IMG/VR virus record: IMGVR_UViG_3300031419_000581
Strand: one strand, 5' to 3'
Source of the DNA: a virus
Lineage: Duplodnaviria; Heunggongvirae; Uroviricota; Caudoviricetes
Length of the DNA: 26,981 nucleotides
Positions within the stretch are counted from its first letter, which is position 1, and every line of letters begins with the position of its first letter. A program made the position numbers and the translations under genes. This document shows positions 17,059 to 25,577 of the stretch, in pieces. Below the pieces are notes generated by a model. The model was not told the origin of the DNA. It ran no database searches and saw only the letters and a list, made by a program, of their open reading frames with translations.

Positions 17059-18951
17059 ATGCTGAATAAAAACGTAAAACCCCAGGATATTCCTGAAAGT
17101 TTAAAAAGTATTTTGAGATTAAATGGAAAACATCATGATACGAAAAGAAGTATGTTTATGAAAGCTGTTTATGATGATAACCGAGAAAAACTGTCGGTAT
17201 TTTTTGATAAAGCCAAAAAAGAAAATGTAAATTTGTTTAATTATATCTATGATCGTAATATTTCAGTCATTGATATGTTACTTACAGGTAATAACAGTCA
17301 TGTACATAAAAAGATTATGGCTAAATATAAAAATGAAGAAGATGGTGATTATATAAAAATAAGAGAAGAATATTGGGATTCAAGAATAGATTATCTTAAA
17401 GAACATGGATTTGATTTATTTTCAAAACAAGTAATAATGATCAGTGAAAGAGAGGAAGATTTTATTGTTAAGCAACCAGAGTCATTGTTTGAAATTTTAA
17501 ATAATGTCAGTGGAGGGGAACAAATTGAGTTAGTGGAAGCTTATTTTACAGATAATGAAATTAGGAATGTAATTAATCTGGTAAAAGAAGAAAAGATAGA
17601 AAAAGATCAGCTAATAGAATATATCAAAAATAATATAAGTTATTATAATGATAATATAATGGGTTCTTTATGTAAGGAGCTAACGGATAATCATCTATTG
17701 ACGGAACATTTTTTCAAACTGCCAGTTTATACAATAATTTCATTACATGAACAGGGATACGTGGATTTCTATGAACAAATGAAAAAGGTAGATAGTATAA
17801 CGCCGGATATCGTAAAATTTTCACAGGCAATACTTGAAAGTAAATTTGAAGAATCGCGTTATACTGATTTTTTACTTCACCTTTATGAAACAGTTAACTG
17901 GAGTTTTGAAGAAATAAATACCATGATAGTATGTCCTGCAGACCAATTGCTTAATTGTGAATATACGGAAGATCAGTTTGGTTTCATTCATAGATATAGT
18001 GATTCTGAATATAGCGGGATAAATGAGTATTTTTGTTCTTACAGGGAAAAGATTGAGCATTTTCAGGAGAAATATCCGTCTCTTATTTTTCATTTTAATC
18101 TGGACAAAGAAATTGAGTTCAATCGTTTTGCCTGTCTGACAGGGCTATTTATTGATTATAAAAATCATGTAAATAATGACATTGATATCAGAAAAAAATT
18201 ATCAGAAATGGGTATTTCTGTTCAGGAAGATATTATTTATTCCTCTTTATGTAAGGTTAAATCGGACAGTGATTCTCCTTATCCACGAAGAGTAGGTTAT
18301 TTTAATTCGATTTCGCGTAATAATGGAATGTATAATTTGAGCATTTCACCTGTGTTGTTCAATAAAATTATTAACAATTTTTTATCGCAGGAAGAAATAG
18401 ACGGTGTTTGTCATAAAATATCTTCCTTATACAATAATCATGAGACGGACTATGATGTGAAGAATAAAAAAATGATATCTTATGCTAAAAAATTGTCTTT
18501 TGTTAAATTTAAGGAATTTATAAATACAACACCTTCATTAATTGTTTCAGAGTTATTAGAAAAAGAATCAACGCTTTTACCTGAAGTGGTTCGTGCTTTA
18601 AAAGAAAGTAGTTCAACAGAGATGATACGGTATCTTGGTGAATTGCATTTACATAAAAAATCGCTGTCAGATAAAAGCTCCATCTTTTTTAAGTTTGACC
18701 AAAAGAAAGAAGAAACAGAAGAATTATTTTTGACGCTACTTTTAGTGAGTTATCCATTTTTAAAAGATGACGTAGAAAGAATTGAGAAAATAAAAGAAGA
18801 TTTTTATGATATGGGATTAAAGCTTGAAAACAGGATAGTAAAAAATCAGCAGAAAAAAGAGTTTTTAAACTTATTATTTGACCGCCTTGATTTAGAAAAG
18901 ATAACACAGTCGGTCTCACCTTTACAAAAAAGATCCATGACCAGAATATAA
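17059..18951 (+). CDS. Large hypothetical protein with C-terminal ...SMTRI tag
   Basis: The ORF track starts at 17011; ATG at 17059 just after the upstream stop is more plausible. It contains the ankyrin-like fragment IDYLKEHGFDLFSK. Confidence 0.75.
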   Translation: MLNKNVKPQDIPESLKSILRLNGKHHDTKRSMFMKAVYDDNREKLSVFFDKAKKENVNLFNYIYDRNISVIDMLLTGNNSHVHKKIMAKYKNEEDGDYIKIREEYWDSRIDYLKEHGFDLFSKQVIMISEREEDFIVKQPESLFEILNNVSGGEQIELVEAYFTDNEIRNVINLVKEEKIEKDQLIEYIKNNISYYNDNIMGSLCKELTDNHLLTEHFFKLPVYTIISLHEQGYVDFYEQMKKVDSITPDIVKFSQAILESKFEESRYTDFLLHLYETVNWSFEEINTMIVCPADQLLNCEYTEDQFGFIHRYSDSEYSGINEYFCSYREKIEHFQEKYPSLIFHFNLDKEIEFNRFACLTGLFIDYKNHVNNDIDIRKKLSEMGISVQEDIIYSSLCKVKSDSDSPYPRRVGYFNSISRNNGMYNLSISPVLFNKIINNFLSQEEIDGVCHKISSLYNNHETDYDVKNKKMISYAKKLSFVKFKEFINTTPSLIVSELLEKESTLLPEVVRALKESSSTEMIRYLGELHLHKKSLSDKSSIFFKFDQKKEETEELFLTLLLVSYPFLKDDVERIEKIKEDFYDMGLKLENRIVKNQQKKEFLNLLFDRLDLEKITQSVSPLQKRSMTRI

Positions 18952-19012
18952 AATTGAAATAAAGTTAAGTATTCAATATAGTTAATTTTAAACTATATTG
19001 AGGACACGTTAA

Positions 19013-19468
19013 ATGCGAATATATAAGTCAGATATTTTTTTTGTGGCACTTTTTATATTAGCTTCACTCTCTTTAATTCTTGGCACAATGGTATTTTATA
19101 ATAATAGTATTATGAATCCTCCTATTACCGAGTCAAATAAGTTTGTGTATAAAAATATGAATAAAATGCAGGAGACTTACAAAAAATCGGATATCAAGAC
19201 CGTCACACAAGAAGCCGTTAAAAAAAATCCGGCAATAGTAAAGGAAAATAATACATTATATTTTTATACCATTAGTGAGAAGAATGGTGTATTTATAAAT
19301 AATGAAGGCGTCTCTTTTTATATGGACAAAACAGGTTGTGCTTTACTGGTGAAAAAGTTGAAATCAGATAATTTTGTATTATATTTTCATAATAAAAGAA
19401 TGACAGAAAAATCCTGTGATAAGCTACATTCAGATGGCATGAATTACACACAGGTAAAATGGAAATAA
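19013..19468 (+). CDS. Membrane-anchored pilin-like protein (paralog of 24210-24698)
   Basis: N-terminal hydrophobic helix, C-terminal Cys pair, similar by eye to the 24210 ORF; GAGGA RBS. Confidence 0.65.
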   Translation: MRIYKSDIFFVALFILASLSLILGTMVFYNNSIMNPPITESNKFVYKNMNKMQETYKKSDIKTVTQEAVKKNPAIVKENNTLYFYTISEKNGVFINNEGVSFYMDKTGCALLVKKLKSDNFVLYFHNKRMTEKSCDKLHSDGMNYTQVKWK

Positions 19469-19650
19469 GTTCAGTGATATACCTCCCCCTGAAGGAGGAG
19501 GCTTCAGATTAGTTTCCTGTTGAGGAAATTTCTTCTGAACTTTGCCTGTGTTTCCTGCGAAACGATAAAAAAGGCGTTTCAGTTGCGACCCATCCGGCCT
19601 GCAACGAGAGAATTCCTCTCTGATAAATATTTCTGGCTGCGTTATGGTCA
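19454..19650 (-). ncRNA. Predicted TnpB reRNA (right-end scaffold plus flank-derived guide); 5' boundary approximate
   Basis: TnpB guide RNAs are known to derive from the right end. Hairpins seen on the minus strand: GAGAG-gaatt-CTCTC, GTTGC...GCAAC, TTTCCT-caac-AGGAAA and the terminal right-end hairpin. The guide would begin TGAACTTATTTCCATT. Confidence 0.6.
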
Positions 19651-21176
19651 GCGTTGCAGGAAAACCCGCAGTCCTGACAGATAAATTTAGCCTGAGTTTT
19701 ACGGTTTTCCTCCGCAGTATAACTGCATTCAGAGCAGCGCTGGCTGGTATAGGCGGGATCGACTTTAACCACAAATCCCAGGTTGCGTCTGACCTTATAC
19801 TCCACCATATTATTGAACATGCCCCATGAAAGAGACAGTATGCGGCGATTGAGATCTCTTTTATCATAAAGGGATTTCAGCCACGGTTTTTCCAGCTGTC
19901 GCCGCTTTAACTTCTGCAGATAAACCGGGTCGGCATGCAGCCTTATGCGTCTTTCGCTCATGGTCATTTTTTTAACTTCAAGGTCTTCACGGATGACACA
20001 GGTGTGGTTTTTACCTATGTCGCACGAGACCTTATGCAAAAAGTCATTTTTTATGTTGGTGGCTTTTTCATAAAGTTTCGCTATGCGGGATTTAAGTCTC
20101 TGATACTGCTTTGAGATTTTCTGGTCAGGATTAATTTTTTTCTTTCTTTTGAAAACCTCATATTTGTGGCTGAGCTGCTTCTGCATGAAATTAATCCGGT
20201 CAGCTATCCATTTCAGTTTATCCCGCATTTTTTTACCGGGATGGAAGGGCTGACCCTGCTGGGTCATGATCATTTTACTGCAGCCGAGGTCATAGGCAAG
20301 GGTTTTCTCAGGAAGTACGTTATACAGGTTATCCTGCTGTTGCTGCTTTTCTTTGACAGTGAGGTTTCGTTCAACCTGTACGCTGACATAAATTTTTCTT
20401 CCTTTTCGGGTCAGGCTCAGCGTTTTAGGCATTTCATTTCGCTTCCATATCCTGTGAAAATTTAAAAAGAGTTTTTCCTTCGTGCCAGGAAGCCCAATCC
20501 ATCCTTCCTTCTTGCTGAACTTAAAAGAGGTAAGCTGTTTAAAAAAACACCTTTCGATATCAACACCTTTCTTTTTAAAGCGGGGCTTTCCTTTTTTTCC
20601 CTTTGCAAACTCAGCCATCGCGTCAGAGAGAAAGCGTAAAGTGGACTGTAGGGGCTGAGAGTGAGTATCGTTCAGAAAGTGAGAAACCTCATGGTCTTTA
20701 TTTTCACCCTGTTCATTACAGGCAGGGGTTTTCTTTAACTGCGTGAGCATTTTGCACATGTCCTGAAAGGACAGAAAGGTACGGAAGCCTTCTGGGATAT
20801 CCTGCTGGTTATCAATATAATTTTTTTTCAGCGTTTTCTGACTCTGATAAAAATCGTTAATTTTACCGAGAAAATAATTCCATACGAAACGCTGATTGCC
20901 AAAGGACCGTTCCAGATATAACCTCATTTTCTCTGAAATCCGGTCTTCCCGGACGCGAAAGCGATACGTGGTGATGAGAAGATCGGTTTTATCTTTCTCA
21001 CTCTGTCGCATCTTCTTTTTCCTGTCCGTACTTTCAGTCACCGAAACCTCACAAAATTATAGACTTAACAAAGCCAGAATAACAAAAATAAGTGAAACAT
21101 CAAGTGTTTAAACGGCAGGTTTTTAAGAAATCGTTATATCCCCGACCTGAAGGACGAGGCTTTACGGATTTGGTTG
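19474..21176 (-). mobile_element. IS200/IS605-family element, tnpB-only (non-autonomous), 1703 bp
   Basis: Minus strand left end: TTAC|CAACCAAATCCGT-AAAG-hairpin CCTCGTCC-TTCA-GGTCGGGG. Right end: GAAG-hairpin CCTCCTCC-TTCA-GGGGGAGG-TATA-TCAC|. The guide/cleavage pairs AAAG/TTAC and GAAG/TCAC follow the IS608 rules. The element is visibly more GC-rich than its flanks. There is no tnpA inside. Confidence 0.9.
19509..21041 (-). CDS. tnpB: RNA-guided endonuclease TnpB
   Basis: N-terminal HTH segment TYRFRV...FGNQRFVWNYFL; RuvC-I LAYDLG; RuvC-II IREDL; zinc finger CSEC/CQDC; RuvC-III NADHNAARNI; GTG start with GAGG RBS. Confidence 0.95.
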   Translation of the reverse strand: MTESTDRKKKMRQSEKDKTDLLITTYRFRVREDRISEKMRLYLERSFGNQRFVWNYFLGKINDFYQSQKTLKKNYIDNQQDIPEGFRTFLSFQDMCKMLTQLKKTPACNEQGENKDHEVSHFLNDTHSQPLQSTLRFLSDAMAEFAKGKKGKPRFKKKGVDIERCFFKQLTSFKFSKKEGWIGLPGTKEKLFLNFHRIWKRNEMPKTLSLTRKGRKIYVSVQVERNLTVKEKQQQQDNLYNVLPEKTLAYDLGCSKMIMTQQGQPFHPGKKMRDKLKWIADRINFMQKQLSHKYEVFKRKKKINPDQKISKQYQRLKSRIAKLYEKATNIKNDFLHKVSCDIGKNHTCVIREDLEVKKMTMSERRIRLHADPVYLQKLKRRQLEKPWLKSLYDKRDLNRRILSLSWGMFNNMVEYKVRRNLGFVVKVDPAYTSQRCSECSYTAEENRKTQAKFICQDCGFSCNADHNAARNIYQRGILSLQAGWVATETPFLSFRRKHRQSSEEISSTGN

Positions 21177-21178
21177 GT

Positions 21179-21205
21179 AAAAAAGCAGGCAAACGCCTGC
21201 TTTTT
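21179..21205. terminator. Bidirectional intrinsic terminator abutting the IS left end
   Basis: AAAAAAGCAGGC-aaac-GCCTGCTTTTT. Confidence 0.85.
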
Positions 21206-21208
21206 GCA

Positions 21209-21604
21209 TTATTGTCGCATTCCGTTATTTTCAACAACACGTCTGCCCTCTTTCATCATATTCTCATAAAGAATCTTTTTTCTTCCAACTTCAAAATTAA
21301 GTAAAGATTTGACCTGTGTTGCAGCTTTTGCAAATTGCGGGTCTTGTTTTGCTGAATTACTGAGTTGTTGATACTGACGGGTATAGTTAATAATATTATT
21401 ATTGCTTTGGTAAAGTTGGTTTGCATAATTTCGCTGAATATTATCCAGTGTATTTTTCTGCTGAACAGTTAGGTTCGGTGCTTGGTAAAGCTGATTATAT
21501 TCTGGCATATCTATGGAAGGATTAACATATAGTACTTGTGAAAAAGCCGTAGAGGAAACTCCCGCTGTGATTAATAAAAGTAAAGGAATAAGTAATTTTT
21601 TCAT
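21209..21604 (-). CDS. Exported small helical protein with an LTxxQ (Spy/CpxP-like) motif
   Basis: Signal peptide MKKLLIPLLLLITAGVSSTAFS; NLTVQQKNTLDNIQRNY; AAGGAG RBS. Confidence 0.7.
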   Translation of the reverse strand: MKKLLIPLLLLITAGVSSTAFSQVLYVNPSIDMPEYNQLYQAPNLTVQQKNTLDNIQRNYANQLYQSNNNIINYTRQYQQLSNSAKQDPQFAKAATQVKSLLNFEVGRKKILYENMMKEGRRVVENNGMRQ

Positions 21605-21724
21605 AGAATTCTCCTTATTTAAAATATCCTTATCGTTACATACTCTTTTTTTAAAAAATGTAAATAAGAATTATGGTCAAGAAAATATTAAATGAATTAA
21701 AAAAGCTATTCTTAGTCATATTAA

Positions 21725-23311
21725 TTATATGCGTTTAATTTTTCGTGGTTCAATCTTAACTTTTTTTATGAAAGTAGAAATAAGTAAATCATTTTCAAGC
21801 AGGTATTTTTCACTTTGTGGTGTAAGAATCGGAGGTTCTCCTGTTTTCTTATTTGCATTTTCAGATAGGGTAGCAAACAAATTCTCCATTAAAGGTAAGA
21901 TTTTAGTTTTATCCAGTTTTCTGTCAAAAACATCTTCCATAAAATCACTGTAAGTAATGATAGATTTAATAATTTCATTTGAACACAGAGCAAAAGAGTC
22001 AGCAGACTTAGAAAAATTTGCGCCATGTTTTAACATAACTTCATTCATAGCATATACATGGAGAGACACCTCAAAATCCTGATTAGGGTAGTCTTTAAAA
22101 TACTGTTTAAATTCAGTTATGTTATTCTGAATAATCTTAAATGAATTTGAGTCAGGATATTCATACATATTGTCAAAAAAGAGTTTATGCACATTGGTAA
22201 GTTTATCTTGGAATATCCATGATTTATCTATGGATTCCAGAGACATTCCCTTTTTAATACGGTATTCTAAAATGGCATGCTGCATTTTAGGCGAAACAGC
22301 CAGCCCAATTTGATTAAAAATATCCTGAAATTCTTTGATATAAAAATCAGAAACATCTTTTTTAATATAAACCAGAGATAACATTTCAAGATCAGTAATA
22401 TTTTCTTTCTTGTTTTTTATATAATAATACGCTTCTGCGAGTTCAAGAAAGCGACCATTCATGAGTTTTTTCTGTTCTTTACCCCGTTTTTTATCTGTAA
22501 AATAGACAGAGATATCTTCATGAAGGTAATTGCTGACATTATCAAATTGACACCAGCCTTTTTTCTTATTAAATGAAATAAAGCTGTCTTCGATCTGAAT
22601 GCCACAAGAATCCGTCTTTGCGAATTCTGGTTTTTGTGAATAGAGATACTTAAATAAGAAAGGTTTTTTATGTAAAATAGCATCAGAGAGTGCCCAGCCG
22701 GAGTAAAATTCCTGATTGTTTTCTCGTTCGGAAAAAACTTTTTCTTTACGTTGTTCATCGCTGATTAGAAATTCAAGAATCGCAATCTGTCCTTCTTTAA
22801 TAGCAAAATGGCTAAGATTATCAATAAGTTTCTTTTCGGAGATATTTAAATGCTTTAAAAGGGAAGACATATCTGCGTAGGCATTAGCAAAACTTTCATT
22901 AGCAAAAGCGTTATTTTGTAAATCAAGAGAATGGTAAAGCTGAAGTGTCTGATTTTTCATAAAGGCAAGTTTATAAAGTTTTAAGCTTTCAGTCATTTGA
23001 TACATTTCATTCAGAATATGATTAAAATCATTGTGAATGAAAACAGCACCCAGTATCTCAATAAGGTTTTCATTCTCTCTTTCTTTGATCATGATTGTAT
23101 CTGGTGAACTATTAAAAAAGAGAGCATTCTGTGCTGTGGTATGCAACACTGCCATATAATCAGAGACGAGCGAATGAACAGTAGAAGAATCAAGATTGTT
23201 TTCATTCTGCTGAACATATTCTACCAGTAAACGACCCTGTCGGGAAAGGGTGCGATTTTTTTCACTATAGTAATATGCGGAAGAATAGTTTTGTGCGTTT
23301 TTATCAATCAT
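21725..23311 (-). CDS. Hypothetical protein with two ankyrin-like repeats and C-terminal ...KIKRI tag
   Basis: 528 aa; NLSHFAIKEGQIAILEFLI and WALSDAILHKKPFLFKYLY fit the ankyrin helix-turn-helix pattern. Confidence 0.75.
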   Translation of the reverse strand: MIDKNAQNYSSAYYYSEKNRTLSRQGRLLVEYVQQNENNLDSSTVHSLVSDYMAVLHTTAQNALFFNSSPDTIMIKERENENLIEILGAVFIHNDFNHILNEMYQMTESLKLYKLAFMKNQTLQLYHSLDLQNNAFANESFANAYADMSSLLKHLNISEKKLIDNLSHFAIKEGQIAILEFLISDEQRKEKVFSERENNQEFYSGWALSDAILHKKPFLFKYLYSQKPEFAKTDSCGIQIEDSFISFNKKKGWCQFDNVSNYLHEDISVYFTDKKRGKEQKKLMNGRFLELAEAYYYIKNKKENITDLEMLSLVYIKKDVSDFYIKEFQDIFNQIGLAVSPKMQHAILEYRIKKGMSLESIDKSWIFQDKLTNVHKLFFDNMYEYPDSNSFKIIQNNITEFKQYFKDYPNQDFEVSLHVYAMNEVMLKHGANFSKSADSFALCSNEIIKSIITYSDFMEDVFDRKLDKTKILPLMENLFATLSENANKKTGEPPILTPQSEKYLLENDLLISTFIKKVKIEPRKIKRI

Positions 23312-23436
23312 GAGAGAAAGTCCTTTATAAAGATAGGATTATTATACTTAATTTTGAATTAAATAACAAGAAGAACAAGCTGTGATAATAATTGTTAAAA
23401 GTTATAATAAGATAAACAAATACAGAGATTACAACT

Positions 23437-24039
23437 ATGAATGAAGCAAGATTATTTACTTTTTTGCTGGAATCAAACTTTGACGAATTTAAAATAGCAA
23501 TAGAAAATGAAGTAATTCCGCTGGATTACAGATTTGAGGGAAGTGGTAGTGAACTTATTTTCATAAATGAGTTATCAAAAGAAAAAATGCGTTTATTGCT
23601 TGAAGCAGGTTCTAAAATTAATTCTAAGGTCAGATCCAGAACAGCATTTGATTTTATTCATTTGATAGAAGAATTTGCTTTATTAATGCAATATGACCAA
23701 AAGGAAGTAAAGAGTTTTTTAAAAGGTCAGTATGAAATGGAGCCTTATTTATATTATGATATTAGTATAATTGATTATATGTTTGAAAGCAAAATACTTA
23801 ATAAAGAAATACTCAATAAATCATATTATCATGGTTTAGCTTCATAAAGTACAAGAAATAAAGAAAAAATTGTTTATTTGTATGAAAAAGGCATGGATAT
23901 AGATGAAAAATTTATGGCAATTTTATTACAAAGTAACCGAGATTTGCATGATTTTGTTAATGTTTATATTGAGAAAAAAAAGTTAGAGGAAAAATTAAGT
24001 AATAACAAAATGTTATCAAATGTCATAAAAAGGCTTTAA
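23437..24039 (+). pseudogene. Ankyrin-like gene interrupted by an in-frame TAA (23845-23847); the full frame ends ...VIKRL
   Basis: The same frame continues for 63 codons after the stop: STRNKEKIVYLYEKGMDIDEKFMAILLQSNRDLHDFVNVYIEKKKLEEKLSNNKMLSNVIKRL, then TAA at 24037-24039. Confidence 0.75.
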
Positions 24040-24209
24040 TTTAAACAGTTTTTTATTTCAGATTTAAATTTTTGAGAAATTCGATTTGGAAAAAGTATAC
24101 ATATAAAAAAACAAATGACCAAAAGTCAACATGATTATAAATAAATTTGATATATTTTTTTTGATATTTTATGCTTTATATCTTAGAAAATAGTTGGAGT
24201 ATAAAGAAA

Positions 24210-24698
24210 ATGAATAAAAATTTTATGTTAACTTTAATGATGTTATTGTTAAGCGTGTTAGCTACTGTAATGCTGGGAGGATTTATTGCCATTAACATGC
24301 TTTATCCGACTCATTTAGATAAAAAAGCAAGTGCTACGAATGAGTATTTATATCAAAATATTACTAAACTTGATGATTTATATAGAGAATCAGGCTATGA
24401 AAGTGTTAAAGGAAAAATAGAAAAAGACATGGCATTTATCAGGCATGAAAATATACAATTCAAAGATAATAAAGAAATTACTGATACAAAAGATAAAAAC
24501 TATATTGCAGTAAGTGATGAAGGAATTCATTTTAATACAGAAAAATCGAGTTGCTTATTAATCATGAGAAAAACTACTGTATTAAAAAATAAAATGTTTA
24601 TTAATGGAAATGCAAAAGAATCTGCGGTTGGTGAAGATTGCAATAAGTCAGGATTATTTGAAGCCAGAATTTTGTTTAGTGATCTTAAAAGTGAATAA
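24210..24698 (+). CDS. Membrane-anchored pilin-like protein (paralog of 19013-19468)
   Basis: Likely start 24210 (GGAG RBS; ORF track gives 24171); N-terminal hydrophobic helix; Cys pair. Confidence 0.65.
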   Translation: MNKNFMLTLMMLLLSVLATVMLGGFIAINMLYPTHLDKKASATNEYLYQNITKLDDLYRESGYESVKGKIEKDMAFIRHENIQFKDNKEITDTKDKNYIAVSDEGIHFNTEKSSCLLIMRKTTVLKNKMFINGNAKESAVGEDCNKSGLFEARILFSDLKSE

Positions 24699-24733
24699 TA
24701 TCTATATTATGGTTCATAATTTTTAGAAATAAG

Positions 24734-25444
24734 GTGATTAAAATGCTTTCTTTTTCTTATGTTAAACAAAAGATTAATCCTATGGAAAATAATGATTCAG
24801 GTTATATACAGATTATGTTGTTGGTTGTCATGTCAGTATTAATTGCTATGGATAAGCCTGAATTTTTCATGATACTATGCGGTATTTTTCTGAGTTTTTT
24901 TTGTTTCTATTTATGGATATGTGGTAAACAAAAAAAATATATAGTTGATATGTTAAAAGCAGAGAATCAAGAAGAAGCTTATTCCAGTTATGTTTATCTG
25001 AAATATATGGTGCATGAAAAGGGTTTCTTTTCTTCTTTTTTCAGTTTTTTACAACTGTGTTTTATGGGATGTCTTAATTTAAAAACAGATAATAATATTT
25101 TGAAAATAAATAGTTTTCAGAGTTTAAAAATTGCTCTGTTTTCATGGTCAGATAGTTCGTATATGTTGCTTCTTAACTGGGGAGTCTTATTTGTTTTTGC
25201 TGCTGCTTTTTACCTGCTGTACAGAAACATTAAACCGCATTTATATTATAGAAAAAGTCAGCCTATTGTTCAGGACGATGCTATCTTGCTATCAAAATAC
25301 AACGGTCTTTACGTGGAAGAAGATAAGTGTTTTGAAAAATTCAGAGAACTGGCAGCGGAGCAAAAAGCCAGTGAAGAGAGGACAATACTTTCTGAGTTAG
25401 CGGAAGTGAAATGTGAAAAAACAAGAACAATAAAAAGGTTATAA
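24734..25444 (+). CDS. Multi-pass membrane hypothetical protein with C-terminal ...TIKRL tag
   Basis: 236 aa (possible start at ATG 24743); about 4 hydrophobic segments. Confidence 0.75.
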   Translation: MIKMLSFSYVKQKINPMENNDSGYIQIMLLVVMSVLIAMDKPEFFMILCGIFLSFFCFYLWICGKQKKYIVDMLKAENQEEAYSSYVYLKYMVHEKGFFSSFFSFLQLCFMGCLNLKTDNNILKINSFQSLKIALFSWSDSSYMLLLNWGVLFVFAAAFYLLYRNIKPHLYYRKSQPIVQDDAILLSKYNGLYVEEDKCFEKFRELAAEQKASEERTILSELAEVKCEKTRTIKRL

Positions 25445-25516
25445 TATAAATAATATTATTCTGACAAAAAGAGAATAAACAATCGGATAACAATAAAGAT
25501 ATTCTTAAAAACAGGC

Positions 25517-25546
25517 TTGATTTATAGAAGGGTTCGCTGATATAAT
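25517..25546 (+). promoter_or_regulatory. Sigma70-like promoter for the nuclease gene
   Basis: TTGATT, 18 nt spacer, TG-a-TATAAT extended -10. Confidence 0.6.
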
Positions 25547-25577
25547 ATTATCATATTTTAAAGCGGAGGAAGTCTGA

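Noticed and set aside
19430-19867. 145-aa minus-strand ORF overlapping tnpB and crossing the right end
   Set aside because: It is an alternative frame over the tnpB and reRNA region and runs through the IS end hairpin into the flank, which is typical of shadow ORFs.
21092-21304. 70-aa plus-strand ORF containing LYPRPEGRGFTD
   Set aside because: It is a translation of the IS left-end hairpin and a terminator, and overlaps the 21209 gene in antisense.
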